Source of the DNA: Tubiluchus corallicola
Lineage: Eukaryota > Animalia > Priapulida
Assembly: GCA_030141605.1 (NCBI GenBank)
Contig: JAQGDQ010000103.1
Coordinates: forward strand, 124,001-188,000
Reading direction: 5' to 3'
Length of the DNA stretch: 64,000 nt
Below, piece by piece: positions 62,484 through 64,000 of this stretch. The notes below the pieces were generated by a model that saw nothing but the letters and a program-made list of their open reading frames with translations, made no database searches and had not been told where the DNA came from. Position numbers and translations under genes: made by a program. How positions within the stretch are numbered: the first letter of the stretch is position 1; each line of letters begins with the position of its first letter.

Positions 62484-64000
62484 CGGTAATCATATTCTTA
62501 TTCTTTAACAGTTCTGTCAAAAATTCGGCTCATTAATCAATTCTATTTTCTTATTAAAGCGCGATTAAATCCAATCCTTGAATAAGTTTCCAATTCCTTC
62601 TGCTTCCCTGCGTCTCTAACAAGCGGCCTCTGTCCAACACAACTGCAAACTAATGGAGACAAAGCTCAGTCGAAATTTGCACAGTTGATTTCAGCGCGTT
62701 AATTAAAAAGACTTTTCGTCTCGGCGACTGATAAAATCGAAGGAAAGTTCGATCATACAACCTTCCTCGCATCTCCGCCTTATCAGCCATTGTACAGAAA
62801 ACTAAACAGTGGAACAATTAGAACTCAGAATGGAGAGTCAGTTATTATTAAGGCAGAAGTGAGAAGGTTTCGCAAATATTTCAACCTGCTTTACTTCGGT
62901 ACAATTTCTTGCAAACAGAAAGCTAGAGACTTTGAAAACCGCCAAATTTAATGTTGACTTTCGCACTTAGCCGGGAGATCTGCTGAAATGGATGCATCTC
63001 GAAAGAGACAGATGCAGAAGCTAGGCACGTAGACTTTAAATTGTATTTAGAGATTTGCAGATTTAACTGTTAACGAGAAGCAGGTTTTTTTGCGAATGAC
63101 GCCCACGCAAAAGTAAAAAATATGAAATTGTTGTTGTTCATGCGACATTGTATTCAATAGCCGAAGTGTGATCATATCGTCGTAGTAATAAAAATTTATT
63201 CAAATACAAATGTAGTAACAAACATAGTAACCTAAGTAACACAGAACGTTCTATACATGTACATAAACGTGTACATATATGTATACATATACATATTAAT
63301 AGACAAGTTAACTTGCTGAGTAAATTGCAAAATTTTTGAATGTTTTCAACAAAGTTATTATTAATAATTCCAGGTTTTTCAACTAAATACTGATAAGACG
63401 GTCTCCTCCATATAGTATTGTAACGGTGGCTTGGCGATGGGCCTAAAAATTTACTGACGGCTTTTGAGAAAGAACAGAAATTGATAGTAGCGGTAAATCT
63501 ATGCTGTTGATTTAAGAAAAAACAATAGAACTTCTACTGCACGTTAAAAATACCATCTTATTTCATTTTATGTAATTTAGTGAAGATCAAAGATAGCGCA
63601 GCTATTGGTTTAGGTCTAAAAAACTTCTCGACGGTGAGAATAACTCGGAAAAACATCTCGTTCCATCTGTTTGTTGTTTAACTCGTTTTGCATCGGCCTA
63701 GCTTCTCTCTCAAGCGTTGCTCGAGTGGGTTGCAAACACGAAAGCACGCTTTATAGAGATGAATTTCAGCATCCATTTTAATGAGCACGTGCTGGTGGGT
63801 GATGCGGGCGTTGATTTTGCAAATGTCGGATGCTATTTTAATCATTGTCGAACGTGATATCTGCGCTGACAACATAATTTGACAGCCGGTATGCTCTACG
63901 TTATTATCTGAGGCTGTTGCTAAATTGACAGCAAGGTATGTACTTACCTGCAGAAACTTGTAACAAAGTTCCTGAACAGTTAGGTGTTATTATAAGCAAT

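Overview
AT-rich, repeat-dense eukaryotic (animal, probably invertebrate) genomic DNA, not prokaryotic. One gene is well supported: a + strand, 3-exon PI-PLC X-domain protein (PLCXD family; 17196-17451, 20032-20150, 21466-22227; 378 aa if ATG 17196 is the start). It has GT-AG introns, matching phases and both catalytic His motifs. The rest is mostly decayed non-LTR retrotransposon fragments (CR1/L2-type RT), at least six recurring families of non-autonomous DNA elements, minisatellites and long microsatellites. The DNA elements include an AATAAGCC-TIR MITE (11 copies), TTAA-flanked Kolobok-like elements, TTA/TAA-flanked Harbinger-like MITEs and a TTAGGG-core element. Most ORFs in the supplied track are microsatellite or TE artefacts. 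I cannot support a wholly new biological system. The best second-look items are a possibly secreted PLCXD, a three-layer nested insertion, a tRNA-like sequence held between long inverted repeats, TE-derived inverted pairs around PLCXD, a Helentron-like element with unexplained cargo, and weak hints of a spliced minus-strand transcript. Family assignments are by eye, without database searches, and boundaries of degenerate elements are approximate.
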